NCBI GenBank assembly: GCA_039800825.1
Contig: JBDLPZ010000104.1
Coordinates: 1-26,979 of the forward strand
Length of the DNA stretch: 26,979 nucleotides
From: Actinomycetota bacterium
GTDB taxonomy: Bacteria; Actinomycetota; Actinomycetes; S36-B12; UBA5976
Reading direction: 5' to 3'
Part shown: piece by piece, positions 6,207 to 15,968 of the stretch
Layout of the letters: each line of letters begins with the position of its first letter
How positions within the stretch are numbered: the first letter of the stretch is position 1
Program-made: the position numbers and the translations under genes
Notes under the pieces: model-generated
Database searches by the model: none
Told to the model about the DNA's origin: nothing
The model's input: the letters and a program-made list of their open reading frames with translations, nothing else

Positions 6207-7232
6207 ATGACTGCCGTTGCCGCTATGGGCGGATTCGTCGGAACCTCGCTTGTCGATGTCACCGACGACCTGTCATGCCTCGATGGCGCCGGTCGATGGT
6301 TTGTGGCGGCTCCTTTTGAGGGTCCCACGTTGGCCTTTCGTTTCGACGCTTGGAAGCGATCTGATTTTGCCGCTCAGCGCTGGTCGGCTGTGACAGATTG
6401 GCATACTCACACGAGTCGGGCTGATTACGTATCGGCGGTCGCTGAGACCCGAGAGCGAATTGCACGCGGAGACGTTTACCAGGTCAACATTTGTCGCTTG
6501 CTGTCGGCGAAGTGGAATTCTGAGAACTCAGACGTGACCGGTTTGTATGGCCAGCTTCAGCGATTCAATCCCGCGCCGATGTCATCGATGCTCGTCGTTC
6601 ATGATCCGCGGTTGGCTCGTTTCGGACTGAATGAGATCGAGATTGCGAGTGCGTCCCCAGAAGTCTTTCTGCGCCGTAGGGGGCAAGTGTTGAGTTCGTC
6701 TCCGATCAAAGGCACTGCACCGCTTGATGGAGACTTTCTCGAAAAAGACGTCAGCGAAAACATCATGATCGTCGACCTGGTGCGCAACGATCTCTCCCAA
6801 GTGTGTGACGTCGCAACAATTGAAGTTCCCCAACTTCTCGCGCACGAAGATCATCCAGGTCTCAAGCACCTTGTTTCAACGGTGGCGGGGACTCTGTCCG
6901 TGAGTGCCGGATGGGAAGATATCTTCGCGGCAACATTCCCGCCTGGTTCAGTCACAGGAGCTCCGAAGTCGAGTGCTCTCAAACTCATCGACGAACTCGA
7001 AGGAACTCGCAACATCTACTGCGGCGCTTTAGGAATCGTGAATGCCGACTCGCGAGAGGCCGATCTGTCAGTGGCCATCCGCACATTCTGGAAGCACGAA
7101 GGTCAGCTCTGGTTTGGTGCAGGCGCGGGCATAACGTGGGGGAGCGATCCTGAGCAAGAGTGGGAAGAGACTGAATTGAAGGCACGCAACTTGATTGCAA
7201 TCGCATCGAGAGACTCGGAGACTGCGAAATGA
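6207..7232 (+). CDS. pabB: Chorismate-binding enzyme, aminodeoxychorismate synthase component I-like (PabB/TrpE family)
   Basis: GDVYQVN, ASPEVFL, SSPIKGT, KDVSENIMIVDLVRNDL, FPPGSVTGAPK, YCGALG, GAGAGITWGS. Short (341 aa), with little N-terminal domain. The family is secure; the exact reaction is inferred from the adjacent class IV aminotransferase. Confidence 0.7.
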   Translation: MTAVAAMGGFVGTSLVDVTDDLSCLDGAGRWFVAAPFEGPTLAFRFDAWKRSDFAAQRWSAVTDWHTHTSRADYVSAVAETRERIARGDVYQVNICRLLSAKWNSENSDVTGLYGQLQRFNPAPMSSMLVVHDPRLARFGLNEIEIASASPEVFLRRRGQVLSSSPIKGTAPLDGDFLEKDVSENIMIVDLVRNDLSQVCDVATIEVPQLLAHEDHPGLKHLVSTVAGTLSVSAGWEDIFAATFPPGSVTGAPKSSALKLIDELEGTRNIYCGALGIVNADSREADLSVAIRTFWKHEGQLWFGAGAGITWGSDPEQEWEETELKARNLIAIASRDSETAK

Positions 7233-8074
7233 GAGTCTGGGTTGGAACAGAGTTGGGTGGCGGGATTACTGATCCGGGGACTGCTGGGCTCTCGGTTCTC
7301 GATCATGGCGCGCTACTTGGTGATGGTCTGTTCGAAACAGTTCTGACGAGAGCAGGAATACCTGTCGCGCTCGGGCAGCATCTGACGCGGCTCCACAACT
7401 CCGCCACAGTGCTGGGTTTCAAGTCAGTCAGCGATGAGGCGCTGCGTGCCGCCATCGTCGAGACGCTTGATGCCGATGACGTAAGAGCGAGCACCACAGG
7501 TCGACTGAGGATCACCGTGACTTCTGGCGCTGGTCCGCTGGGAATGAGTCGCGGCGCGGTGCCAACAATCATCGTTCTGTGGGAATCATTCACTCCATCG
7601 TCGCAGCCGCTAACCCTCATCACGAGCTCGCAGCCTCGCTGGTCGGGCGATGGGCTTCTGGCGCATAAGCACACATCGTGGTTGAGCAACGTGATTTCGT
7701 TCCACGAAGCCAAGGCAGCGGGCGCATCCGATGCTCTACTGCTTAACGAGCGCGGCGAAGTGCTCGAGACAACTACCGCGAATATTTTTGCAATCAAAGA
7801 CCAAACTCTCATCACACCTCTTGTCTCAAGCGGCTGCTTGCCAGGCGTCACACGCCAACTCCTCATCGACTGCCTGACGCCAGACATACGTTTTGCTCAG
7901 ATGTCCTTCTCGCGTGAGGACCTACTCAGTTGTGATGAAGTGTTCGTCACTTCGTCATTGCGACTCATACAGCCGGTCTCACAAATCGATGGCACTGCCA
8001 TGCCGCGCTGTGGTGAGTTTGCGACTAAGTTGATGGCATTGCTTGAGCAGAACCTGGAGAGCGCGGATGTCTGA
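7229..8074 (+). CDS. pabC: PLP-dependent class IV aminotransferase, 4-amino-4-deoxychorismate lyase-like
   Basis: DHGALLGDGLFET, HLTRL, HKHTSW (PLP lysine), ETTTANIF, LPGVTR, EVFVTSSL; ATGA overlap with the upstream gene. Confidence 0.7.
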   Translation: MRVWVGTELGGGITDPGTAGLSVLDHGALLGDGLFETVLTRAGIPVALGQHLTRLHNSATVLGFKSVSDEALRAAIVETLDADDVRASTTGRLRITVTSGAGPLGMSRGAVPTIIVLWESFTPSSQPLTLITSSQPRWSGDGLLAHKHTSWLSNVISFHEAKAAGASDALLLNERGEVLETTTANIFAIKDQTLITPLVSSGCLPGVTRQLLIDCLTPDIRFAQMSFSREDLLSCDEVFVTSSLRLIQPVSQIDGTAMPRCGEFATKLMALLEQNLESADV

Positions 8075-8450
8075 GCACGAACATCGCATGAGTGATCACG
8101 ATGAACTCGGTGAGAAGATCGAGCATGTCGTCGAGGAGTTCGTCGAAGAAGTCGAAGGAGCGATGGAGTCCGCGCTGCCGTGGCATCTGCGACTGCAGGC
8201 CTGGGGGAGACGTACTCCAGCTCGTCACACGATGTGGCGGGGTGTCATTCTCTTTGTCGGCCTGGTTGTGGTCATCGTGGGCATCCTTACGTCAATCCCA
8301 GGAATTCCTGGTCCAGGTTTGGCGCTGATCTTCCTCGGTGTTGTCATTCTGAGCAGCGAGTTCGCGTGGGCGCACCGAGTGCGCGAGCCAATGCAGCGCT
8401 GGATCGACAAGTTCACGGCCTGGTTCCGCCGAATCAGAAACAAGAAATAG
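8067..8450 (+). CDS. PGPGW-domain (TIGR02611-like) small membrane protein
   Basis: Two TM segments with IPGIPGPGLALIFLG..LSSEFAWA; SD GGAG at 8056-8059. Confidence 0.8.
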   Translation: MSEHEHRMSDHDELGEKIEHVVEEFVEEVEGAMESALPWHLRLQAWGRRTPARHTMWRGVILFVGLVVVIVGILTSIPGIPGPGLALIFLGVVILSSEFAWAHRVREPMQRWIDKFTAWFRRIRNKK

Positions 8451-8476
8451 CCCCTGTTACAGTTGCGCAACCTTGA

Positions 8477-8552
8477 GGGCGATTAGCTCAGGGGTTAGAG
8501 CGCTTCGTTCACACCGAAGAGGCCACTGGTTCGATTCCAGTATCGCCCACCA
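8477..8552 (+). tRNA. tRNA-Val(CAC)
   Basis: Acceptor GGGCGAT/ATCGCCC, anticodon arm CTTCG-TTCACAC-CGAAG, T-loop TTCGATT, encoded ACCA. Confidence 0.95.
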
Positions 8553-8583
8553 CCATCGCCTTGGCGATTGAAAGGCACCGAGC

Positions 8584-10200
8584 ATGAAACGTCTTGGAGT
8601 ATTAGCCGGAGTAGTGGCTCTGGTTGCAGCGAACTTGAGTGCCAGCCCGGCGAGCGCAGTCGCCTCTGGTCTTCCTGAGTGGGCAGCGGACTCGGTGATC
8701 TACGAAGTCAACGTTCGGCAGTTCTCAGAAGCGGGCACGTTCGCAGCTGTCGAGGCACAACTGCCTCGACTGGAGTCACTGGGTGTGGAGATTCTCTGGC
8801 TTATGCCGATTCAGCCCATCTCCGTGAAGAACCGCAAAGGCTCACTGGGTTCCCCGTACTCCATAGCCGACTACACCGCAGTTAACCCGTCTTACGGGAC
8901 AGCCGCGGATTTCCAGTCTCTCGTCGATGCCGCTCATTCACGCGGGATGAAACTGATCATTGACTGGGTGGCTAATCACAGCGGCTGGGACAACCCGTGG
9001 ATCACCGCTCACAAGGATTGGTACACCCAGGACAAGAATGGCAACATCATTTGGCCGGCAGGCACTGACTGGAATGATGTCGCCGATCTGAACTACGACA
9101 ACGCCGATATGCGTCGCGCGATGATTGATTCAATGAAGTATTGGGTCTCGACGTTCGACATTGACGGTTTCCGCTGCGATGTAGCTGGTGGTGTGCCGAC
9201 TGACTTCTGGAATGCTGCACGCGTCGAACTCGAAGCGCTTAAGCCAGTCTTCATGCTTGCGGAAAACTCAGACAACCTGTCACTGCTGCAGAGTGCGTTC
9301 AGCGTCAATTATGGCTGGGAATTGCAGTCGCTCATGTACGGCGTGGTGAACAGCGGGGACAGCCCTGAGTTTCTCGTGGATCATGCCAACGGCCAGGCGG
9401 CGACTCTCCCGTCGGGCAGTGCCTCAATGAACTTCATCACCAATCACGATGAAAATTCATGGAACGGCACAGAGTTTGAGCGCTACGGGTCGGCGGCCAA
9501 CGCCATGGCCGTACTCACGTACACGCTGCCAGGCGTACCGCTGATTTACAACGGTCAAGAAATTGGATTTGATCGACGCCTTGCATTCTTTGAGAAGGAT
9601 GCAATCGAATGGACTTCAGGGAAGGCTCTCTCGCTCTATCCAGCACTAAACAAGTTGAAGCGAGATAGCACTGCGCTTGATATTGGTCCGTCTGCCGGCA
9701 GCTTCAGCGCACTGTCGTCGAGCACTACGAACTTGGTTGCTTTCGCTCGCGAAAACGGCAGCGACAAGGTGCTTACTTTCGTCAACGCCTCTGGCCAAAA
9801 CATCAGCCCGACCATCAAAGCTGGAACTCGCGCTGGGATGTATCGCAACGCTCTCACCAATGCCTTGGTGCGGCTGCGTCCAAACAGCTACTTGCCCCTT
9901 GGCGCATGGGGCTATCGAGTTCTGACTTCTGATACGACCGGTGCACGGACTGTGGCAGTTTCTGCACTGACAACCTCACGTACAAAGATCACCTTGAGTC
10001 GTGGTCGTGCGGCGACAATTCCAGTGACGATCACGCCTCGGGAAGTGACCGACACCTACCTGGTGTGGAGGTCCTCGCGCCCGAGCGTCGTCAGCGTGAG
10101 TTCCTCTGGACGCGTGACTGCTCGTCAGAAGGGTTCGGCGCTCGTTACAGCGAAGTCTGTGAACGGCAAGCTGCTTCGAGTTTCTGTCACCGTTCGGTAG
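8584..10200 (+). CDS. Secreted GH13 alpha-amylase-family glycoside hydrolase with C-terminal bacterial Ig-like (Big_2-like) domain
   Basis: Sec signal MKRLGVLAGVVALVAANLSASPASA. GH13 conserved regions DWVANH, GFRCDVA (nucleophile D), MLAEN (acid/base E), FITNHDEN. C-terminal W.SS.PSVVSVSSSGRVTA...G.A.VTA pattern. Confidence 0.9.
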   Translation: MKRLGVLAGVVALVAANLSASPASAVASGLPEWAADSVIYEVNVRQFSEAGTFAAVEAQLPRLESLGVEILWLMPIQPISVKNRKGSLGSPYSIADYTAVNPSYGTAADFQSLVDAAHSRGMKLIIDWVANHSGWDNPWITAHKDWYTQDKNGNIIWPAGTDWNDVADLNYDNADMRRAMIDSMKYWVSTFDIDGFRCDVAGGVPTDFWNAARVELEALKPVFMLAENSDNLSLLQSAFSVNYGWELQSLMYGVVNSGDSPEFLVDHANGQAATLPSGSASMNFITNHDENSWNGTEFERYGSAANAMAVLTYTLPGVPLIYNGQEIGFDRRLAFFEKDAIEWTSGKALSLYPALNKLKRDSTALDIGPSAGSFSALSSSTTNLVAFARENGSDKVLTFVNASGQNISPTIKAGTRAGMYRNALTNALVRLRPNSYLPLGAWGYRVLTSDTTGARTVAVSALTTSRTKITLSRGRAATIPVTITPREVTDTYLVWRSSRPSVVSVSSSGRVTARQKGSALVTAKSVNGKLLRVSVTVR

Positions 10201-10268
10201 TCCGCGAGGCGCTCTAGCGCTCCCCACACGGTAACCTTGCGGTCATTCGAGACCCGAAAGCGATCACA

Positions 10269-12260
10269 ATGTCTGGCATTTCAGTCACAGTAAACGGCGA
10301 AGCCACCTCGGTGGAGCCTGGTACCCGCGCGTTTGAGGCTGTTGGTAATACCCAGCGCACGGTCGTAGTCGCTCGCGTCAATGGTGAACTTCGCGATCTC
10401 GCGACCGAGTTGGCCGACGGCGATGTCGTCGAGGGTGTTCTCATCTCCTCGCCTGAGGGTCTCGCGGTGCTTCGCCACTCGACTGCACACGTCGCAGCAC
10501 AAGCGGTTCAGGATCTCTACCCACAAACCCGGCTCGGTATCGGCCCTCCGATCAAGGACGGCTTCTACTACGACTTCAAGACTGAAGCCCCGTTCACGCC
10601 AGAAGACATCGAAGCTATCGAAAAGCGCATGGTCGAGATCATCAAGTCCGGTCAGCGCTTTAGTCGCCGCGTCACCACTGAGGCCGACGCGCTTGTCGAA
10701 CTCGCGGCAGAGCCTTTCAAGGTTGAGTTGATTGGTATCAAGGGCGGCGGCGACGCAGATGTCATGGAAGTGGGCGGCGCTGAGCTCACCATCTACGACA
10801 ACATTGATCCGAAGACCGGCGAGAAGTGCTGGGGCGATCTTTGCCGCGGACCGCACGTCCCCGACACCCGTTACATCGCGACCAATGCTTTCAAATTGAC
10901 TCGAACTTCTGCCGCGTATTGGCGGGGCAACGACAAGAATCCTCAGTTGCAGCGCGTTTACGGCACCGCCTGGCCGACAAAGGATGACCTGCGCGCCCAC
11001 CTTGAGGCGATTGCCGAGGCTGAGCGTCGTGACCATCGCCGTCTCGGCACCGAACTTGATTTGTTCTCTTTCCCAGATGCCATCGGCAGCGGTCTCGCTG
11101 TGTTTCATCCGAAGGGCGGCATCGTCCGCCGGACGATGGAGGACTACAGCCGCAAGAAGCACGAATCTGCTGGCTACGAGTTCGTGTACAGCCCTCACAT
11201 CACCAAGGCCAACTTGTTTGAGACCTCAGGTCACCTGGGTTTCTACAAGGACGGCATGTTCCCTCCGATGAAACTCGACGAGGAACTCGACGCTGAAGGC
11301 AACGTCAAGAAGCCTGCTCAGGACTACTACCTGAAGCCAATGAACTGCCCGTTCCACTGCTTGATTTTTGAATCGCGCGGCCGCTCGTACCGTGAACTGC
11401 CGCTGCGCCTCTTCGAATTCGGCTCTGTCTACCGCTACGAGAAGAGCGGCGTGATTCATGGTCTGACGCGCGTGCGCGGCATGACTCAGGATGACGCGCA
11501 CATCTATTGCAGCCGTGAGCAGATGCAGGGCGAACTTAAGAACCTGCTGACCTTCGTTCTTGATTTGCTTCGTGACTACGGTCTCAACGATTTCTACCTC
11601 GAGCTCTCGACGCGTGACCCGAACAAGTCCGTGGGTAGCGATGAGGACTGGGAAGAGGCCACTGCAGCACTCGCCGCAGCAGCTGAAGACAGCGGTTTGG
11701 ATTTGGTTCCAGATCCAGGCGGAGCTGCGTTCTATGGGCCGAAGATCAGCGTCCAAGCAAAGGATGCGATCGGACGTACTTGGCAGATGTCGACGATTCA
11801 GCTCGACTTCCAGATGCCTCAACGCTTTGAGCTTGAGTACACCGCGCCGGATGGAAGTCGCCAGCGTCCGATCATGATTCACCGCGCATTGTTCGGTTCT
11901 ATTGAGCGATTCTTTGGTGTCTTGACTGAGCACTACGCCGGCGCATTCCCAGCCTGGCTCGCACCGGTGCAGGTGGTTGGCATTCCGATCGGTGAAGTTC
12001 ATGTGGACTACCTCTTCGACGTCGTGCGTCAGCTGAAGGCGGCTGGCGTTCGTGCCGAAGTCGACGCTTCCGATGAGCGAATGCAAAAGAAGATCCGCAC
12101 GGCACAGCAGCAAAAGATTCCATTCATGCTTATTGCTGGCGACGACGATGTCTCTAAGGGCGCAGTTTCCTTCCGCTACCGCAATGGTGAGCAGAAGAAC
12201 GGCGTACCGATTGCCGAGGCAATTGCTGAAATCGTCGCGACGATTGCAGATCGCACCTAG
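10269..12260 (+). CDS. thrS: Threonine--tRNA ligase
   Basis: TGS domain, [60 protein letters not shown], anticodon-binding domain. Confidence 0.98.
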   Translation: MSGISVTVNGEATSVEPGTRAFEAVGNTQRTVVVARVNGELRDLATELADGDVVEGVLISSPEGLAVLRHSTAHVAAQAVQDLYPQTRLGIGPPIKDGFYYDFKTEAPFTPEDIEAIEKRMVEIIKSGQRFSRRVTTEADALVELAAEPFKVELIGIKGGGDADVMEVGGAELTIYDNIDPKTGEKCWGDLCRGPHVPDTRYIATNAFKLTRTSAAYWRGNDKNPQLQRVYGTAWPTKDDLRAHLEAIAEAERRDHRRLGTELDLFSFPDAIGSGLAVFHPKGGIVRRTMEDYSRKKHESAGYEFVYSPHITKANLFETSGHLGFYKDGMFPPMKLDEELDAEGNVKKPAQDYYLKPMNCPFHCLIFESRGRSYRELPLRLFEFGSVYRYEKSGVIHGLTRVRGMTQDDAHIYCSREQMQGELKNLLTFVLDLLRDYGLNDFYLELSTRDPNKSVGSDEDWEEATAALAAAAEDSGLDLVPDPGGAAFYGPKISVQAKDAIGRTWQMSTIQLDFQMPQRFELEYTAPDGSRQRPIMIHRALFGSIERFFGVLTEHYAGAFPAWLAPVQVVGIPIGEVHVDYLFDVVRQLKAAGVRAEVDASDERMQKKIRTAQQQKIPFMLIAGDDDVSKGAVSFRYRNGEQKNGVPIAEAIAEIVATIADRT

Positions 12261-12268
12261 GTCTGGCC

Positions 12269-12769
12269 ATGACAGAAGCTTGGGAGCGTCTCTGGGCGCC
12301 GCACCGCATTGAATACATCAAGGCTGGCGCGGCTCCCCATGTAGATGACTGCCCCTTCTGCAGGTTGCCTCAGGGCGATGACGTCGAGGGACATATCGTT
12401 CACCGCGGAGAGACTTCTTACGTCGTACTCAATTTGTATCCGTACAACACCGGACACGTCTTGGTCTGCCCCTACCGTCACTTCGCGGATTACACCGACG
12501 CGACTGATGCTGAAGTTGCTGAAATTGCTCATCTGACTCAGACGGCAATGCGGGTCATTCGAGAGGTCTCGGGCGCACACGGTTTCAACATCGGAATGAA
12601 CCAAGGTTCGCTCGCAGGCGCTGGCATTGCTGGCCACTTGCACCAGCATGTCGTTCCGCGGTGGAGTGGCGATGCCAACTTCATGCCAGTTGTTGGCTCG
12701 ACGAAAGTGATGCCGCAGTTGTTGAGCGAGACTCGTCAACTCTTTGCGAATGCGTGGCCAGATGCTTGA
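12269..12769 (+). CDS. HIT-family hydrolase (Ap4A phosphorylase-like, Rv2613c type)
   Basis: LWAPHRIEYI, CPFC, NLYPYNTGH, HLHQHVVPRW histidine triad; canonical position after thrS. Confidence 0.92.
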   Translation: MTEAWERLWAPHRIEYIKAGAAPHVDDCPFCRLPQGDDVEGHIVHRGETSYVVLNLYPYNTGHVLVCPYRHFADYTDATDAEVAEIAHLTQTAMRVIREVSGAHGFNIGMNQGSLAGAGIAGHLHQHVVPRWSGDANFMPVVGSTKVMPQLLSETRQLFANAWPDA

Positions 12770-13364
12770 TAACGCTAAGGCCCGAGCTATCGCCTCGGCC
12801 GTTGTCGATCCACTTGCCCGTGGGTTGCTACGCACTGGTTTGACGCCCAACGTGGTGACGTTCTTTACCTCCACGGCCGTTTCCGTGATTGTGCTTCTCA
12901 CTTGGTCACGCGGCGAGTTCTTGATGGGCTTGCTTCTGTGCGCTCCGATGGTCTTCGGCGATCTTCTGGACGGAACGATGGCAAGGCTGTCGGGCAAGAC
13001 GAGTAAGTGGGGGAGTTTCCTTGACAGCGTCATGGATCGCGTCACCGACTCTGCCATCTTGATCTCGATGATCTTGTATGTGCACTCCGCTTCGGACGAT
13101 GTGTACGTTGCGTTTGGAGCCGCTGCACTCGCGACTGGTTCGCTTATTCCGTATATCCGCGCAAAGGCCGAATCCATTGGCGTGGAGTGCAAGGTCGGAC
13201 TGATGGAGCGCAGCGAGCGCTTGTTTGTTGTGCTCATCGCTGGCATCTGCTCGGCCGCTGGCATCACATCCGCAATTGGCTACGCACTGATCGTTCTGTC
13301 AGTGCTGAATACCGTGACCGTTGTTCAGCGTATGAACGCTGTCCGCAAGAGTGTGAGTTCGTGA
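12762..13364 (+). CDS. pgsA: Phosphatidylinositol phosphate synthase (CDP-alcohol phosphatidyltransferase)
   Basis: DLLDGTMAR...G..LDSVMDRVTD motif; TPNVVT; SYIRAKAES-like PYIRAKAES; position in the PIM operon. Confidence 0.92.
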   Translation: MLDNAKARAIASAVVDPLARGLLRTGLTPNVVTFFTSTAVSVIVLLTWSRGEFLMGLLLCAPMVFGDLLDGTMARLSGKTSKWGSFLDSVMDRVTDSAILISMILYVHSASDDVYVAFGAAALATGSLIPYIRAKAESIGVECKVGLMERSERLFVVLIAGICSAAGITSAIGYALIVLSVLNTVTVVQRMNAVRKSVSS

Positions 13365-14257
13365 CCTTCAAGGAGCGCCTGACCTATTTGGGATTTCGGC
13401 TCGCGTGGTGGGCTGGCGCGAGCTGGCCAGAGGCAGTAGTTCGCAAGATTTTTGCAGCGGCGGCCGAAATCCTGTGGCGAGGTCATGGCGCTTCTGTACG
13501 TCGGTTGGAATTCAACCTCGCTCGCGTCACTGGCCAGGATCCGGGCAGCCCCGCTGTTCGAGAACTCTCTCGCCGCGGTCTCGATTCCTACTTCCATTAC
13601 TGGACAGAGATGTTCGTGCTCTCAAGTTTGAGCGTCGCAGACATCTACGCCAGGACGGAGCTGCGCGATGAGCAGTACCTGCAGCAAGCACTTGATCGCG
13701 GCAAAGGTGTGATGTTCGCTGCGACCCACTCTGGATCGTGGGATGTGGCAGCCGCTCGAATGGCTCACCAGTTCGGACCTGTCATGACGGTGGCTGAGCG
13801 CCTCAAGCCAGAAGCGTTGTTCCAGATGTTCACGCAGAGTCGAGAGGCCTTCGGTTTCAACATTGTGCCTCACGTCGGAGGTCCGAAGCCGCCGACCGAG
13901 GTACTCACCGAGCGACTGGTAGCCGGCGGGATTGTCGGTCTCGCATCTGACCGTGATCTCAAAGGTCGCGGCGTCAAAGTCTCGCTCTTCGGTTCTGACA
14001 TTCGTATGCCGTTAGGCGCGGTTCGTCTAGCTCGAAGCACGGGGGCAGCGCTCTTGCCAGCCGCGATGTTTTATGAAGGCGATGTCACTGTCATCCAGTT
14101 CTACCCAGAAATCGATTTTGAGGGTTTAAACGAGCGCGGTGGCTACGAAGCGTTGGCCAAAGTTTTTGAGCAGATTCTGTCGGCTCATCCTGAAGCGTGG
14201 CATATGCTCCAACAAGTTTGGCTGGATCATCCGAAGAGTTGGGGAGGCAACGCCTAA
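13361..14257 (+). CDS. patA: Phosphatidylinositol mannoside acyltransferase
   Basis: YFHYWTEMF, HSGSWD, VAERLKPE, LASDRDL, HPEAWHMLQ; GTG 13361 overlaps the pgsA stop. Confidence 0.9.
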   Translation: MTFKERLTYLGFRLAWWAGASWPEAVVRKIFAAAAEILWRGHGASVRRLEFNLARVTGQDPGSPAVRELSRRGLDSYFHYWTEMFVLSSLSVADIYARTELRDEQYLQQALDRGKGVMFAATHSGSWDVAAARMAHQFGPVMTVAERLKPEALFQMFTQSREAFGFNIVPHVGGPKPPTEVLTERLVAGGIVGLASDRDLKGRGVKVSLFGSDIRMPLGAVRLARSTGAALLPAAMFYEGDVTVIQFYPEIDFEGLNERGGYEALAKVFEQILSAHPEAWHMLQQVWLDHPKSWGGNA

Positions 14258-15420
14258 TGCGTATTGGCATTGTGTGTCCCTACGACTGGAGCGTTCCTGG
14301 CGGCGTGCAGGCGCATATTCAGGACCTTGCTCTTGAGCTCATGGACCGCGGCCATTACGTCAACGTGCTTTCTCCAGTGTCTCAGCCTGAAGGATTGCCC
14401 GAGTGGGTGACTAACGGCGGTGAGCCAGTTGCAATCTCATACAACGGGTCTGTCGCGCGCATCTCGTTTGGTCTCCGAGCGAATCGACGAGTACGCAAGT
14501 GGATTCGCGAGCAGAAGCTTGATGTGATGCATGTCCATGAGCCGCTGAGTCCGAGTCTGTCTGCGCTTGCGTGTTGGTCTGCCACTGGGCCAATCGTCGG
14601 CACCTTCCATTCATCGATGGATCGTTCACGCATCATGGCTGCGGGCTACGGCGTCGCACAGACCGTTTTGGAGAAAGTCACTGCCCGCATCGCCGTGAGC
14701 GAATTGGCCCGCAACACGGTTGTTCAACATGTCGGCGGTGACGCAGTACTGATTCCAAACGGTGTGCACGTCAACAACTTCACCGATGTCACTGCGCTTG
14801 ATGGGCAACGAAATGAAAGTCTCATCGCGTTTCTCGGCCGCTTCGAAGAGCCACGTAAAGGCTTCCCAATTTTGCTCAAGGCATTTGAGTCGATTGCCGA
14901 TGACATGCCAGAGGTATCACTCGTCGTAGCAGGTCCTGGCGATGCCGAGGCTGCTCTTGAGCCGCTGCGGCCCGACTTGAGGCAGCGAGTGCGCTTCCTG
15001 GGCAGAGTGTCAGATCAGGGTAAGGCCGAAATGTTGTCGGGCGCTGGCGTATATGTAGCGCCAAACACCGGCGGAGAGTCATTCGGAATTGTGCTGCTCG
15101 AAGCGATGGCATGCCACACGCCTGTCATCGCGTCCGATCTCCCTGCATTTGTTCGCGTTCTCGACTACGGCGCTGCTGGCGTCACGTTCACAAATGAAGA
15201 TATCGCTGATTGTGCGCGCGCTTTGCGAGAGGTCCTCGGAGATCCAGGTCGCCGTGCCCAATTGGCTGAAGCTGGCTTCGAGCGGGTGCAGCTGTTCGAT
15301 TGGAGTCGCGTGGCGACGTCGATTATTGACGTGTACGAGACTGTCTCGGCTCTCTCGTCCGGAGTCCAAGAAGATTTTCGTAGCCAAATCGTCGGTCGAC
15401 TAGCGCCGGAGTCCCAATGA
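14257..15420 (+). CDS. pimA: Phosphatidyl-myo-inositol alpha-mannosyltransferase (GT4)
   Basis: MRIGIVCPY.WSVPGGVQAH, HVHEP, GRFEEPRKG, GGESFGIVLLEAMA; TAATG coupling to patA. Confidence 0.93.
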   Translation: MRIGIVCPYDWSVPGGVQAHIQDLALELMDRGHYVNVLSPVSQPEGLPEWVTNGGEPVAISYNGSVARISFGLRANRRVRKWIREQKLDVMHVHEPLSPSLSALACWSATGPIVGTFHSSMDRSRIMAAGYGVAQTVLEKVTARIAVSELARNTVVQHVGGDAVLIPNGVHVNNFTDVTALDGQRNESLIAFLGRFEEPRKGFPILLKAFESIADDMPEVSLVVAGPGDAEAALEPLRPDLRQRVRFLGRVSDQGKAEMLSGAGVYVAPNTGGESFGIVLLEAMACHTPVIASDLPAFVRVLDYGAAGVTFTNEDIADCARALREVLGDPGRRAQLAEAGFERVQLFDWSRVATSIIDVYETVSALSSGVQEDFRSQIVGRLAPESQ

Positions 15421-15968
15421 CAGCGACACAACTTCTCTATTCAGTCTTGGTGTTGGCATTCTTGGTGTGGCGCCTCTCCGTTATAGCTGGTCGACTCGAT
15501 CGTGTGCACATTCGACGCGATCAGGCATTGACGTCACTGAGGCTTCAGCTCGCGTGGCGTACCAGCTCGGTCGCGAAACTTCTGACTTCTGGCGTACTGG
15601 ATCCGATCAGCGCAAACGTGCTGTCGCAAGAAGTCGCAGCTGTCACCCAATCGTCAGAACTATCGCTGTTGCAGTACATGGCCGCTGAAAGCGAAATGAC
15701 CCAGGCCTTGTGTGCTGTCTTTGATGATGCCGAGGACATTGCCGAAGTCATCGCTCAGTCGCCTGAGAGTGAAGCCGTTCTGTGCGATCTTGCGCAGGCT
15801 TGCCGTCGGGTAGAGCTGGCTCGGCGCTTCCATAACGATGCCGTCGGAGCTGCCCAGCTCTTGCATAAGCGAAAGATTGTTCGCTACTTCCGCTTGGCTG
15901 GTCACACTGAGTTGCCGGCAAGTATTGACCTAGATGACACGCTTCCAACCGGACTGGAGATTTTCTAA
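15417..15968 (+). CDS. Conserved membrane-anchored helical protein following pimA (LemA-like / Rv2609c N-terminal part)
   Basis: N-terminal TM, AGRLDRVH.R, ARRFHNDAV, R..VRYFRLAGH.ELP; ATGA overlap with pimA. Confidence 0.72.
   Translation: MTATQLLYSVLVLAFLVWRLSVIAGRLDRVHIRRDQALTSLRLQLAWRTSSVAKLLTSGVLDPISANVLSQEVAAVTQSSELSLLQYMAAESEMTQALCAVFDDAEDIAEVIAQSPESEAVLCDLAQACRRVELARRFHNDAVGAAQLLHKRKIVRYFRLAGHTELPASIDLDDTLPTGLEIF

Noticed and set aside
8541-10240. tRNA-anchored genomic island with att duplication around the GH13 gene
   Set aside because: Only ATCGCC (6 bp) recurs, immediately after the tRNA as part of a hairpin; no distal copy of the tRNA 3' end and no integrase.
10201-10268. T-box or attenuator upstream of thrS
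   Set aside because: The gap is only 68 bp, with no T-box consensus or terminator; just two very short stems and a candidate -10 TAACCT.
10281-13267. Long antisense ORFs (305, 295 and 336 aa) opposite thrS/HIT/pgsA
   Set aside because: Typical shadow frames of GC-rich coding sequence; no motifs, RBS or plausible starts.
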